From Parasitella parasitica NRRL 2501 (lineage: Eukaryota; Fungi; Mucoromycota), in assembly GCA_025201805.1 (NCBI GenBank), contig MU619245.1:254697-318696 (forward strand): a stretch of DNA of 64,000 bases, written 5' to 3'. The stretch's first letter is position 1. Each line of letters opens with the position of its first letter. Made by a program: the position numbers and the translations under genes. Positions 39,530 through 51,908 of the stretch are shown in pieces. The notes under the pieces were generated by a model, which saw only the letters and a program-made list of their open reading frames with translations, was not told the origin of the DNA and did not search any database.

Positions 39530-39615
39530 TCAATAGACACACTTACACCCAGAATCACAGATGTTTGTCAATAGACACACTTACACCCAGAATCACAGAT
39601 GTTTGTCAATAGACA
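39530..39615 (+). repeat. Perfect 38-bp tandem duplication (about 2.2 copies)
   Basis: CAATAGACACACTTACACCCAGAATCACAGATGTTTGT at 39531 and 39569, with a partial copy at 39607. Confidence 0.95.
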
Positions 39616-40313
39616 ACCGCAACTTTTTTTAAAGACTACCTTGAATTTAACGATATGATATAGATAGCTTATTTCACAACACAATCTCTTTGTATTCTCA
39701 CTATGAATGAAACAAAGCAATTGCTCTCCTCTTTCAGAAAATTCTCGGCTTTTATCAGAAATAACAGCTTTGTTACCCGAAACCCTAATACATGTTATCA
39801 CAATTATCATCATTTGCTGGAACTTCTTTCTCAGAAACTGCAAGATGACGGTAAATTACTGTATCATGGTCTCACAACCCAACTATGGAATTGCACAAAT
39901 ATTGGAAGGCATAAAATGAACTGTCAGTGCATCGAAACATCTGGTTGATAACAATAAATGGCACTGGCATTTAGCATTGACAAAAAAAAAAAAAAAAAAA
40001 AAAAAAAACTCAGTTCCCAAACAAAGGCTTATCCAATGTAGGGATTTTGACCGAGAAATTCTGTCATCTACGTGCTATAATTCATATTGAACACCGTAGA
40101 CACCACCGGATTAGATTTGGGTTTAAGGAGAGAAGGGACGGCACATATTTTTTAAACACTAACGCTGGCGAATATCGACATCTAAGAACATTGTGCAAAA
40201 GATCCGTTCTTCTGGTTCCATGCGAAGCATCTCGTTGTACCAGTGACCGTAATCCAAGTGGCTTTTTCCATTATACAAGCTTAAAGTGACGTAGATGAGT
40301 GTTTGCAAGTACT

Positions 40314-40328
40314 GGAACATCCCAGAAA
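40314..40328 (+). promoter_or_regulatory. Heat-shock-element-like site upstream of HSP110
   Basis: gGAAcaTCCcaGAAa (one mismatch to nGAAnnTTCnnGAAn), with TATAAAA at 40393. Confidence 0.5.
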
Positions 40329-40460
40329 GCAAAAGAAGGAATTTATGGAGGTTTGATTGGGTAAAGGAGTAGAGAAAAGCGAGGCTATGTTTTATAAAAA
40401 TGTGAATCGCCTGGAAAAAAAAAAAAAAAATTGTTTTATATTGTTCTTTACTTGTAGAAA

Positions 40461-42939
40461 ATGTCTGTTGTTGTAAGTAGCCTCCAGTATTCAATGCCAA
40501 CTATGATTGCTCACCTCGCGTGTTTATCAGGGTATTGATCTTGGTAATCTCCAAGCTATTATTGCCGTTGCCCGTAATCGTGGCATTGATGTTATCTGTA
40601 ACGAGGTTTCTAACCGTGCCACACCGTATGTTTCATGCTTGCATTTACAGTGACATTCGACTCATCTTCTTTTCACTCTAGTAACATTGTTTCATTCGGT
40701 CCCAAACAAAGATATCTTGGTGAAGCTGCCAAAACCCAAGAAATCAGCAACGCAAAAAACACCGTTGTCAGTTTGAAGCGTCTTGCTGGTCGCACTTTCG
40801 ATGACCCTGAGGTCCAGGAAGTCGAAAAGAACTTTATCATGGCCGAGTTAGCTAATGTCAATGGCCAAGCTGGTGTAAAGGTAACTAGCCCATAAAGAGA
40901 CAGTCGAAAGTGTAGAATCAGAGGAATCTTACTGTTGTTGTGTAATTCACGCATAGGTCAACTACCTCGGCGAGGAACAAGTCTTCTCCAACGTTCAACT
41001 TATCGCCATGTACCTCAACAAAATCAAGGACATCACTTCTGCTGAGATCAACGGCCCTGTTTCTGATTGTGTGATCACTGTTCCCGGCTGGTTCACCGAG
41101 GTTCAACGTCGTGCTGTCCTCACTGCCGCAGAGATTGTAGGTTTAAACTGCTTGCGTCTTGTCAACGACTTGACCGCCGCTGCTCTTGGTTACGGTATCA
41201 CCAAGACTGATCTCCCTGAAGAGAAGCCCAAGAATGTCGCCTTTGTCGACATTGGCCACTCTTCCTACACCTGTCAAATTGCCTCTTTCACCAAAGGACA
41301 ATTGACTGTTCGTGGACAGGCTTTCGACACACATTTCGGCGGTCGTGAGTTTGACGCTGTCATTGTTGATAAACTTGCAGTTGAGTTCAAGGAAAAGTTC
41401 AAGGTTGATGTTTACACCAACAAGAAGGCTCTTTTACGTCTTCGTGTCGCTGCTGAGCGTTGCAAGAAGGTCTTGTCTGCCAATCCTCAAGCTCCTGTCA
41501 ACATTGAATCTATCATGGATGATAAAGATGTGTCTGCTATTGTCAACCGTAAGGACTTTGAAGAATGGGCTGCTCATTTGTTCGTTCGCACCGAGGAAGT
41601 GCTTAAGAAGGCCCTTGAAAGCGCTGGTATGACCATTGAAGATATCGATTCCGTTGAAATGGTCGGTGGTACTACTCGTATTCCTGCTATCAAGGAAACC
41701 ATCTCCAAGTTCTTTGGAAAGAGCATCTCCACCACGCTTAACCAAGACGAGGCTGTGGCTCGTGGTGCTGCTCTCCAATGCGCCATGTTGTCTCCTGTGT
41801 TCAAGGTTCGTGAGTTCCGCGTCAATGACGTTGTCACCTATCCCATCAAACTCACTTGGGATGCTACTCCTGAGGAACAAGAGACTGAAATTGTTGTCTT
41901 TGATAACAACAACTCTATCCCTTCCACTAAAATTTTGACTTTCTTCCGTCGTGAGGATTTCGCTTTGCAAGCTGTCTACGCTAAGCCTGAGTCTTTGCCT
42001 CGTGGCATCAATCCTTGGATCGGCCAATACAACATCAAGAATGTCGTGCCCGTCAATGGCGAACCCGCCCAAGTCAAGGTCAAGGTCAGACTCAACATTC
42101 ATGGTATTTTGTCTGTTGAAAAAGCCTACACGGTTGAAGAAAAGATGGTTGACGAGGAAACCAAGAACAAGGATGGTGAAAAGGAAATCAAAAAGGTCAA
42201 GAAAATTGTCAATACTGGTGACCTCCCCGTTTCTTCCGGCACCACCGCACTTCCCAAGAAGCTTATTGACGAATACGTGGAGAAGGAAAGTCAAATGTAT
42301 GTCAGTGACAAGCTCATCGCTGAGACTGAGGCTGCCAAGAACTCCCTCGAGGAGTACGGCTATGAGATGCGTGATAAGATTCTCGGCCCCCTTTCTGAAT
42401 ACATTGATCCCTCCATCAAGGACAAATTTGCTCAGGATCTTAATGCTGTTGTCGATTGGATTTACGATGAAGGCTATGATGAGCCCAAGTCTGTGTATGT
42501 CGAAAAGCTCGATGCTCTCAAGAAGATCGGTAACCCCGTTGTTGAACGCTACCGTGATTCTCAAGAACGCAAACATGTCGAACCTATTTTCCTTGAGACT
42601 CTTCAACGCTTGACTCAAGAAGCCATGAGTTCCGATGAAAAATACTCTCACATTCCCGCTCACGAGAAGCAGGATATTGTCGAACGCTGTGAGCGTGGCC
42701 GTAGATGGTTGGATGAGCAAAAAGCTAAGCAAGATCTTGTTTCCAAGCATGATAATCCTGTTTTGACCGCTGATGCCATCAAGAAGGAAGAAGAGGCTAT
42801 TATTTTCTTTGCTAACCCCATCTTGAACAAGCCTAAGCCTGCTCCTAAGGTTGAGGAACCTGCCGCTCCTGCAGAGGCCGATACCCCTATGGAGGAAGCC
42901 AAGAGCGATGACAAGAAGGAAGATATGGACATCGATTAA
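40461..42939 (+). CDS. SSE1: Hsp110/Sse1 (Hsp88) chaperone; 4 exons
   Basis: MSVV|[51 protein letters not shown]-terminal MDID*. Strong codon bias. Confidence 0.97.
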
Positions 42940-43287
42940 ATTACAATCATTTAGACCCGCCCCCCGCCCCCCGCCCCCCCCAAAAAAAAAAATATGCTGA
43001 TTTCTATATAAATAAAATTGCAAATTCATTATAATAATTTCTCTAATGTTTGTTTTAATTATAAATGATTTTCCCTGTGATCTGGTCTTTTTGTCATGTG
43101 AGTTGAGACAAAACGTTGAGATTTTTGGACAGCCACAAAATGCACAACTTGAGTTGTAGTTAATTCCATGCGGGAGTGTGGGGAGTGTGGTTTATTTGAT
43201 ACACACGATATATTACAACATAATCAGCATACATTTGAGCATTAATTGTCGGGGTCTCACGTTGGATATTTAAGTATATTATGACAA

Positions 43288-44545
43288 CTAGGGATCCATG
43301 GTGACTAAATTGTAGCCAAAATCTAGGACCATTATTCTTTTATCCTGTCCAGCGCTGTAAATCTATACATTTAGTCATGAATTTCATCAACAGTAATTGA
43401 CCTACCTGATAATCTTGGTTCGATTACTGAGGCAGTTAAATATCCAGCTTGAATGTCCACTCTGAAAACTTAAAAGGCACTTGTTTTGTTTGGTATCCCA
43501 GACCCTGAGCGTTCTATCATAGCTGCCACTAACAACAATATTCTGCACGACAACGTATTTACTACTTGTGTACGGACAGTACAATCAAGGACTTACTTGG
43601 AAGCTGTCAATGGTGCGGATAAGATCAGAATGTCCAGTCAAAGTAGAGATGCACTTTCCAGACTGAATGTCCCATACTTTCAACCTGTTATCTTGTCCAC
43701 CACTGTAGATCCGATTGCCGTCGAACCGGACGCAGGCTAATCCCCTTGTGTGCCCAACAAACGTCTTTAAGCAATGTCCAGTTTCAATATCCCATAATTT
43801 TAACGTTGTATCTCCAGAAGCTGACACTACAAGGCCCCCATGAGATCCTAATGCATTCACTGGTCCACTATGTCCTACGAGTCTTCGAATTTCTGTGCCC
43901 CGATGCTTGCTCCATACACGTATTGTGGAATCCCGTGACGAACTAACTATCATATCGCCAACAATGCACACATCTAAAACACCGCCGGTGTGTCCAATCA
44001 ATCTATTTTTGGGCTGCAAATCCGGCAATGACCATATTAAGCAAGTCGAATCAGACGAGCCAGAGACCATCCAAGTCATATCAGTCGATGCACGCAAGCA
44101 TAGCACACTTCCGTCATGATGAGTTTTTGTTAACACCAACGCATCTTGCTGCTTTGATAAATTCCACAGCTTGATGGAGCGGTCTCTGCTGCCACTAACG
44201 ATGAGATTTGGACCCACCCAGACTAAACAGTACACACTGTCATCATGCCCTGTAAGATATCGTGTGTTGACATGGCCCTTCTTCCACCGCCTGTTTAATT
44301 CGTGATGATTCTTATAAAGATCGTAATACGGCAATGTCACGGGCTTTGTAATTTTCGTTACTACATGATCAGCCCGAAATAAAGTCTGCCACAAATAATG
44401 GTGATTTTTATGGCACAACTGGAAAAGCTGTTTGCAGGTTTGAGCCAGATTCAACAGACTTTTACAGTCCAGCATTGCCACTATCTTGGTATTGAGTTCA
44501 GAGGGTAGATCCAGTAAGCGCGCTAGTAAGTACAANNNNNNNNNN

Positions 44546-44605
<60 letters not shown>

Positions 44606-45107
44606 CGTGATGGTGAGTTACACCATAAATCATGGATTGACATGCGACCTTACGTTGTGACGCTGATACATAATCAGCAGTTACTACTGTTGTTTGATCA
44701 CCTACTGAAATGCTATTCATACTGTTATAGCTGCTGATGCTATTACTACTGCTAGCTCTTCGGGGAGATACATTGAAACGGGGTATAAACGAAGAAATCA
44801 TAAGTCGACGTTGCTTTGGAGGAGATGATAAACATTGGGAAGACGAAAACGATGATCGCCGTCTTCGAGTCAACAGCGAGCTGGATCGAGACGGTGGAGG
44901 CTGTTGGTTTGTGCCAGCGGGGCTTAGGCATTTGGCTGTTGGTGTGCCATCTTTGCGCATCACAATGGTTATATAGGTTGGGATATCGGGTGATTTTGAC
45001 GAAGTTGGTGCTGCATGAGTTTTGTTGTTGGAAGAAGAATTAAAGGACAAGTAAGATAATAATTTTGAGGTAGTAGGCGATATTAGAGAGGGTGTCAGCA
45101 ATGTCAT
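43288..45107 (-). CDS. F-box/WD40 protein (beta-TrCP/FWD-1-like), multi-exon, with an N gap in an intron
   Basis: F-box LLDLPSELNTKIVAMLD, 7 WD repeats (GHDDSVYCL, SGSRDRSIKLW, GHTRGLACV), last exon AGQDKRIMVLDFG..P*. Confidence 0.9.
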
Positions 45108-45148
45108 TAAAGATAACAGACAAGTGATGGACGAGAGAAAAGATGAAG

Positions 45149-45179
<31 letters not shown>

Positions 45180-45883
45180 AAAAAAAAAAAAAAAAAAAAA
45201 AAATGAAAGAAAAAGCCTGAATGACCCAACTATAAAACTGTTTTGTGCACAAATCAGGTTTTTTTTTTTGTATCGTTCAAATGTTTTAAGTTACACTAAT
45301 GGCATGTATGATATCAAAATTGTTCAAGTTTAATACAACATTCTTTTCATCAAATTTACAATTTTCCGAGAGTGAAAAGATGGGGGATCGCTTTATTTAT
45401 TTAGGAAAAAAAAAAACGATTGTCAATATTGATCTCGTTTGCTATATTTGTCATGTATTGACATTGTGTGTACCTTTCTTGCGGAATACAAACTGTTCTC
45501 AGGAAACATGGATCAGTTGTGCTACGCTACAGTATTGATGGCATTTGATTATCCTGCTCTCGCTATCCTTGAGTATGCGTCAAGATCATGAAGCAGGCTT
45601 GCATTGTGTGCTTATTTGTGTGATAGATATTGACAACGTGAATTTGGCAACAGCTTTGCATAAAATTGTAGGCAAATCAGGGAATCGGAACAATATTTAT
45701 TTGTATGTGATGCCGTCAATGAAAAATTATAATCGTAATACGAAAACTATAAAGTAGAACCGGACATCGCAGATCAAGTTGATCATTGTATGAGTTTGGG
45801 TTTGGTTTATTGTACAATTGAGTTATATGTATAAAATGAGTCGAAATTCTAAGAAAGATGGTGAAAATTTTCAAGGTGTTTGG

Positions 45884-46576
45884 TTAGGGCTTCTTTGGGG
45901 TAGAAGCGCCTAAAAGTCTAGGAAAGTAACGAGCCCATCCCATTGCATGCAATTTACGTACAATGGCAGGTGTAATTGCCGCTGTAATACCAATTCTGAC
46001 AGGGAGCAGCAAAGTCTTATGGATACCATAAGCCAAGATCAATACAGATGCAAAGGAAGGGGTATCATCCGTGTCAGCATCGCTCTCTTCAGATGCCACC
46101 AGCACTTTTTCTTTTCGCTTAATACCGAATTTTTCGCCTGTATTATAGACAACATCTAAAACACCTCTCTCCAATGCCTTCACTTTATCTAGTCCAACTA
46201 ATTGAATAACACCGAGAGTAACGCCCAAATCCACGCATCCCACACCAAGATATACAATGATGCCCACTGCACCGTATTTTTTGGTCAACTCTTTTAGTTT
46301 AGATGCCTTGGGTTCAGCCTTCACTTTGGCAGCTTGAATAATACTAGGCGATGATGCCATGGAAGAAATTTTGGAGGCTTGTTGCTGCTGTTGTTGCTGT
46401 GGCTTTCTGGGAGATGCAGTAAAAAATCGAGATGCAGTGGTGTTGGGTTTCTTAGTCATGGTCCATTGAAGAGGCCTGATTCTGCCAGTAGAAGATCTCA
46501 CCAGAGGACGAATACCGGGAACAATACATTTACCTAGCATTGCGTTTCGAACAAAGGAAATTGAGCGAGTCGACAT
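45884..46576 (-). CDS. DUF1279/FAM210 (Nat2-like) mitochondrial membrane protein
   Basis: Presequence, LKELTKKYGAVGIIVYLG, LAYGIHKTLLLPVRIGITAAITPAIVRKL. Confidence 0.88.
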   Translation of the reverse strand: MSTRSISFVRNAMLGKCIVPGIRPLVRSSTGRIRPLQWTMTKKPNTTASRFFTASPRKPQQQQQQQASKISSMASSPSIIQAAKVKAEPKASKLKELTKKYGAVGIIVYLGVGCVDLGVTLGVIQLVGLDKVKALERGVLDVVYNTGEKFGIKRKEKVLVASEESDADTDDTPSFASVLILAYGIHKTLLLPVRIGITAAITPAIVRKLHAMGWARYFPRLLGASTPKKP

Positions 46577-47130
46577 GAGGATCGAGGATGATGATGAGAA
46601 GATAGAAGAATGAAACCTGAATGAATAAAGAAAGGATTTATTTATAAAATTTTAGCCGGGGTGGGTCGGGAACACTTTTGACGCATATTTGAATGTTGCC
46701 AACAAAATACGTTACGATACCAAAACTAACAAAAACACAGAATATGGCAATTTGGTGGTCTCTGACTTGCGACATACATAGATGCTTATATACACACGCT
46801 CACGCTCTTTATAATCAACAAACTCTTATCCGCCAAGGATTTAGCAACGGCGTCGCCAATGGACAATGCGTTCCTGAAAAAGAAAATGTTTGCTAATCAA
46901 TCGATAGTCTGAATCAAATAGTATCTGGAGATTGCACGGTATGTTAGCGGCTTGCCTTTATTTTTATTTTTTTTTTGTAGCAAAAGTAGGCGATCAGAAG
47001 TATTACCATTTGCCTTGTTAAAGCCTTGGATGCCATCCTGGTTGTGGACTGCGGTTTAAGTTGGGTGACCATGGCTCTGTCCAGACGGCTGCCTTGCTTT
47101 TTCAAGTAAAAATAACAAATTTCAAGCATA

Positions 47131-48070
47131 ATGCGCGCAGGTATTAAAATCATCTGTCGTCAGTTATCTACTCAATCTGCAGAAAGAGGAAAGAGATGGG
47201 CTGGCTACTCGGCCATGAAATACCTCATTGAATCGCAACCATCAGTCATTGGACTAGGCTCTGGATCGACAATAGTTTATGCCATAGAATATCTAAAACA
47301 AAGTCAATTTGCAAAGAATGTAGTCTGTATACCCACTAGTTTTCAAACGCGACAGTTGGTCCTGGAAAGCAAATTGAATTTGGGCTTGCTTGATTGGTAA
47401 AATAGGCCGGCTCTGTCATACTCGATACTAAATATCCGTTAGCTATTCCTCCATCGACATGACAATTGATGGTGCAGACGAAGTTGATGAAAGACTGAAT
47501 GCCATTAAAGGTGGCGGGGCTTGTCTTTTTCAAGAAAGACTTGTCGCGCAGGCGTCCAAGAGGTTTATTCTTGTTGCAGGTATGGTGTCTATGCGGCGAT
47601 ATTGATGGTTGAATTTATGCGAATATCATTCTTATGTCGTTTGCTTCAAAAGATGAAAGAAAAAAATCAGCTCGGCTAGGAACGAAAGTGAGAGATGAGG
47701 TTGATATGATTAACATCTGCAACTACTAAATTTAAGCTCTACGACATAGTGGACAAGGGGTGTCCCTGTGGAAGTCATACCCATGGCGCTGACCACAGTT
47801 CAGTGGCAACTGGAGCGCTTGTTCCCAGCTTTATCGATCAAGTTGCGAATGGCAACACCTTCAGATAAAGCAGGACCAGTTGTCACTGATAATGGAAATT
47901 TCATTCTTGATTGCCACTTTGGGCCCATTCCAGATCCTGGAGCTTTGTATAGAGAGATCAAATGTTTAACTGGCGTGCTTGATGTTGGACTCTTTTGTGG
48001 TATGGCAGAAAGAGCATTCTTTGGAGATAATGACCAAGACAATACTGGAGAAATGATAAAACCGCTGTAA
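47131..48070 (+). CDS. RKI1: Ribose-5-phosphate isomerase A; 4 exons
   Basis: [58 protein letters not shown]. Confidence 0.95.
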
Positions 48071-48571
48071 TTTTTGTATATAGTCAAGTGGCCACATGCC
48101 TGATTGTGATTTACAACTAGTAAAAATCTGATATCTTCTTGTGCCGTATGAGTTGCTTTTCCGTCATGGTGAAGAAACAAAGCACAAAATGATACTTTGA
48201 GAATGTTGGCTTATTTCGGAAGTTCGACATGTATACCCAGTATTTTGCAATGATTAATCAATGTTGTATCTGAAGTACAGTATGAAGGATGAGAGTATGA
48301 AAAGGATAATTTAAGTCGAGGCATCTATACGACAGTGAATACTGGGTTTATAGTCGTCCAAATTTTGGAATAAATTATCAAGATGAAAATCAGCCAGTGT
48401 ATAAAAAACAATGAATTTGATGTTAAAATCAAGAGATGTTACATCTAAAGGAGCGCAAGTGTGCGGTAAAGCATCATCTACCCACATCTAATGGTATTTT
48501 ACGTTAAAAAAGTTGCTCGAAAGAGATATTGCAGTTTTGGAGTATATTACAGAGATNNNNNNNNNNNNNNN

Positions 48572-48605
<34 letters not shown>

Positions 48606-48807
48606 TGCACTGATTTATTCGAGCAAAAAGTGATGAAAGTTACTATGTGTCATAGGCACCGTACACCGTAACTGTCAAATTGCACAGTGTTGTTCAACAA
48701 TGGGTTGTGCAGTGACGCCTTTTACTTTTTCTTTGACTATAAAAAGCTTCAGGGGACCTTTGCATTGTACTTTTTTCCAATTCGCTTTTCAATCTGTCAA
48801 TCTAGCC

Positions 48808-51322
48808 ATGTTGCGAATCTTTCCACTAAGACAAAGTGCAGCTTATTTGGCTCGGACGACCGCATATAGACCATTGTACTCTAGATTTCTTACACACACT
48901 CCAACTTGCTTGAGAACTTTATCAAACTCCAGTGCCTTGAAGCGCAATGTCCAGAAATCTCCTTCTCGGCTTACACTTGGCTCTACAACTCCAAGTAAAG
49001 ATCTGAAATGGGTGCAAAGAAGTAAGCAAGAGAAAGGGATATTGTGCTTGATTGTGTCGTGCTAATACGGAATTCATTAGATCTGAGGATTAAATTGCGT
49101 AACTTATCCGATAAAGACAGTATTCGCCGAAAATCCAAAGATTTGGGTATTGCAAACAAACTTTACAAACAGATTGTCAGTAACTTTGTCAAAGAAGCAT
49201 CGCTCGAAAAAATACCTCGTATCACTGCTTCGCAATTACACGATTCGATCACTGAAAATAATGACGAATGTAAGAGGTTTTGAAGACAGCCTGTCAAACA
49301 GAAACTAACTTGTACTGCACAGCTTTCATCGACAAGGAATTGGAATCAGCATTCTTTACGTTTGCTGAGCCATTTCTCCCCAAGGGCAAGTTTGAAAAGT
49401 TCCAATCGCTTCGGTCAATCAGTGATATACGATTCCCTAGTGAGTGGTTTCCAGACGCACGGCAGATGAAAAGGTACAAAAGACGATAAAAAAATATATA
49501 ATGGAACTTGCTTTAATCTAGTCGTATTCTAGAAAAATCATCCTTCATGTAGGACCGACTAATAGCGGGAAAACTTATCGAGCATTAAAGCGATTGGAAG
49601 GCGCAGAATCTGGCATCTATTGCGGGCCGTTACGTTTGTTGGCACACGAAATCTTTGAAAAGATGAATGAGAATGGCGTGGCATGTAATTTATTGACGGG
49701 CGAGGAAAGGAGAGAAGTGTCGCCGTTTGCACCTTTGACAAGTTCGACCGTTGAGATGGCATCGCTTAATAAAACAATGGACGTCGCTGTTATTGATGAA
49801 ATCCAGTTAATTGCAGACCCAGATCGAGGCTGGGCTTGGACACAAGCCCTGCTAGGCTTAAAAGCCAAAGAAATACATCTTTGTGGTGAAGCATCAGCTG
49901 TGCCCTTAGTCAAGAAGATTTGCGAAACCTTGGACGAGGAGGTTGTTGTCAATGAGTATCAACGCCTGACACCATTTACTGTGGACTTCAATACACTAAA
50001 TAATGATCTAAGTAAAGTGACCAAGGGTGATTGCGTGGTTGCTTTTTCTAGAAAAACTATTTTCAGCTTGAAAGAAATGATTGAGGCAAAAACAGGTCTG
50101 CGATGTGCTGTTGCTTATGGCAGCCTTCCTCCTGGTAAATACACTAATGCGAGTTTTGTGGCTCTGGCTAACTTTGTGTATTTAGAAACTCGTGCATTGC
50201 AAGCCAAGGCTTTCAACGACCCTGAAAGTGGATTTGACGTACTAGTAGCATCTGATGCAGTTGGTATGGGACTTAATCTGAATATTCGACGAATCATCTT
50301 TTCAACCATCCAAAAGTTTGATGGACACGGCTTCAGTTATGTCAGTACACCCCAGCTGAAGCAAATCGCTGGACGAGCAGGTAGATTCAATACAGCTTAC
50401 AGCAAGGGTGAAGTTACCACGTAAGACTAGGATGTGTATTTATCGTGAAAAAACCCTAATATGTTTTACAGATTAAGACGGGGAGACATAAACCATGTAA
50501 ACCTCGCTGTGTCTGCACCCACAGTTCCTCTTCAGGTACGCTGTTAAGCTCATACGAAATGGCTTGGTTGCTTAAACATTCTCTAGATGGCAGGATTACA
50601 ACCCACTGTAGATATTTTAGAATTATTCGCTTTACAATTGCCTCAAGAAAAGTTTTCTGGATTGCTAGTAAGCTTCTCGAGTCGAGACTACCTGTGCAAC
50701 ATTTAAACTGACACTTTCTTTAGCAAAAATTCGAAGATTTTGCTTCTGTAAATGGAAATTACTTTTTGTGCAACTACAAGGATCAAAAGGTAATGAAAGA
50801 TTGCAGGGTGTCTTCTCGTTTCCATACTAAATAGCATCTTGCAGATAATTGCAGACAAGATCGAACACATACAACTGCCCTTGAAAGATAGATACCAATT
50901 CGTCACAGCTCCAGTTAGCATTCGTACTGAATCCTCGATAGACACGATTGTGCACCTTGCAGACAAGTTTAGCAAAAATGAGATATGCACATTAAATGAT
51001 GTCATTAGCCTACCAAATATTACGACTGGATCAGCATTAGAACTTGTCGCTTTAGAGAGTGCGCATAAAAATATTATGCTGTATATGTGGTTGAGGTAAG
51101 CGATAGCAATCAACGTTAAATGCTTACTAACCTTTTTTGCATTCTAGCATGCGCTACCCGGACGTATTCACAACAACCCAAGAACTTGCAAATTCTATGA
51201 AAATTCGCTGTGAGGTCATGATTGATGATCTACTAAAAAGTACGATCATTGAAAAGGTCAAGACAAGAGGCATTAAAGCTAAGAAGAAGTTGCCCAAGCA
51301 ACCTAGTAAAATACTAGTTTGA
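48808..51322 (+). CDS. SUV3: Mitochondrial ATP-dependent RNA helicase Suv3; about 10 exons
   Basis: HVGPTNSGKT, YCGPLRLLA, VIDEIQ..RGWAWT, YGSLPP, ASDAVGMGLNL, QIAGRAGR. Confidence 0.96.
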
Positions 51323-51713
51323 TTATTATTTAGTTGAAGAGCATTTTATTTTAGATTTTTCCCTCCTCTTTCACATAGGATTGTATTTAGATTATAAAAC
51401 TTTTTGTAGATCAAAAGAAAAGTGATTTTTTCGCTTGAAACAAATCCTATCAAACTAACATGTACACAATGCCATTTTCAGACATAATATATTTTTTTTT
51501 CACTGTGTTACCAATAGACTGAAGATAGAACTGTTTCTGTCGTCATGATTTGTACCGAGATTTCATAATATTTACGTCATGCTGATCCTAAATCGAACAA
51601 TATATGACTACAAATCAAGTTTTTTTTTGTATATAAATAGAGACCAAGCAACCGCATTTAAACATTTTGATTTCATTAACAATAACAATAAATCAAATAA
51701 CAAATATCTCAAC

Positions 51714-51908
51714 ATGGGCTCTATATTCTCTTGTCTAAGTGGCATTGTCAGCTCGATTGCCTCTCTTTTCTCTGGTCTTATTAGCGGCATCGCTGGTTTC
51801 TTACAGTCCATTGTGTCTGCAATTACTCGCTGCATTACCGGTATCTTTAATGCTATTGGCAGATGCTTATCTTGTGGTGGTGGTAGAAGAAGACGAGCAA
51901 GGGTCTAG
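51714..51908 (+). CDS. 64-aa amphipathic microprotein with 11-mer repeats and a polybasic C-terminus
   Basis: MGSIFSCLSGIVSSIASLFSGLISGIAGFLQSIVSAITRCITGIFNAIGRCLSCGGGRRRRARV*. TATATAAA at about 51632, A-rich leader, good AAC-ATG-G context. Confidence 0.75.
   Translation: MGSIFSCLSGIVSSIASLFSGLISGIAGFLQSIVSAITRCITGIFNAIGRCLSCGGGRRRRARV

Larger units (their letters stand above)
36975..39835. mobile_element. Putative non-autonomous DNA transposon or composite relic bounded by ~110-bp inverted repeats
   Basis: 36975-37087 is the reverse complement of 39725-39835 (roughly 85-90% identity by eye). No transposase ORF inside. No TSD resolved. Confidence 0.55.

Noticed and set aside
39530-39615. 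Possible CRISPR-like repeat
   Set aside because: Head-to-tail duplication with no spacers, in a eukaryotic context.
41434-43029. 531-aa antisense ORF over HSP110
   Set aside because: Long antisense ORFs are a known by-product of codon bias in Hsp70-family genes. It has no independent features.
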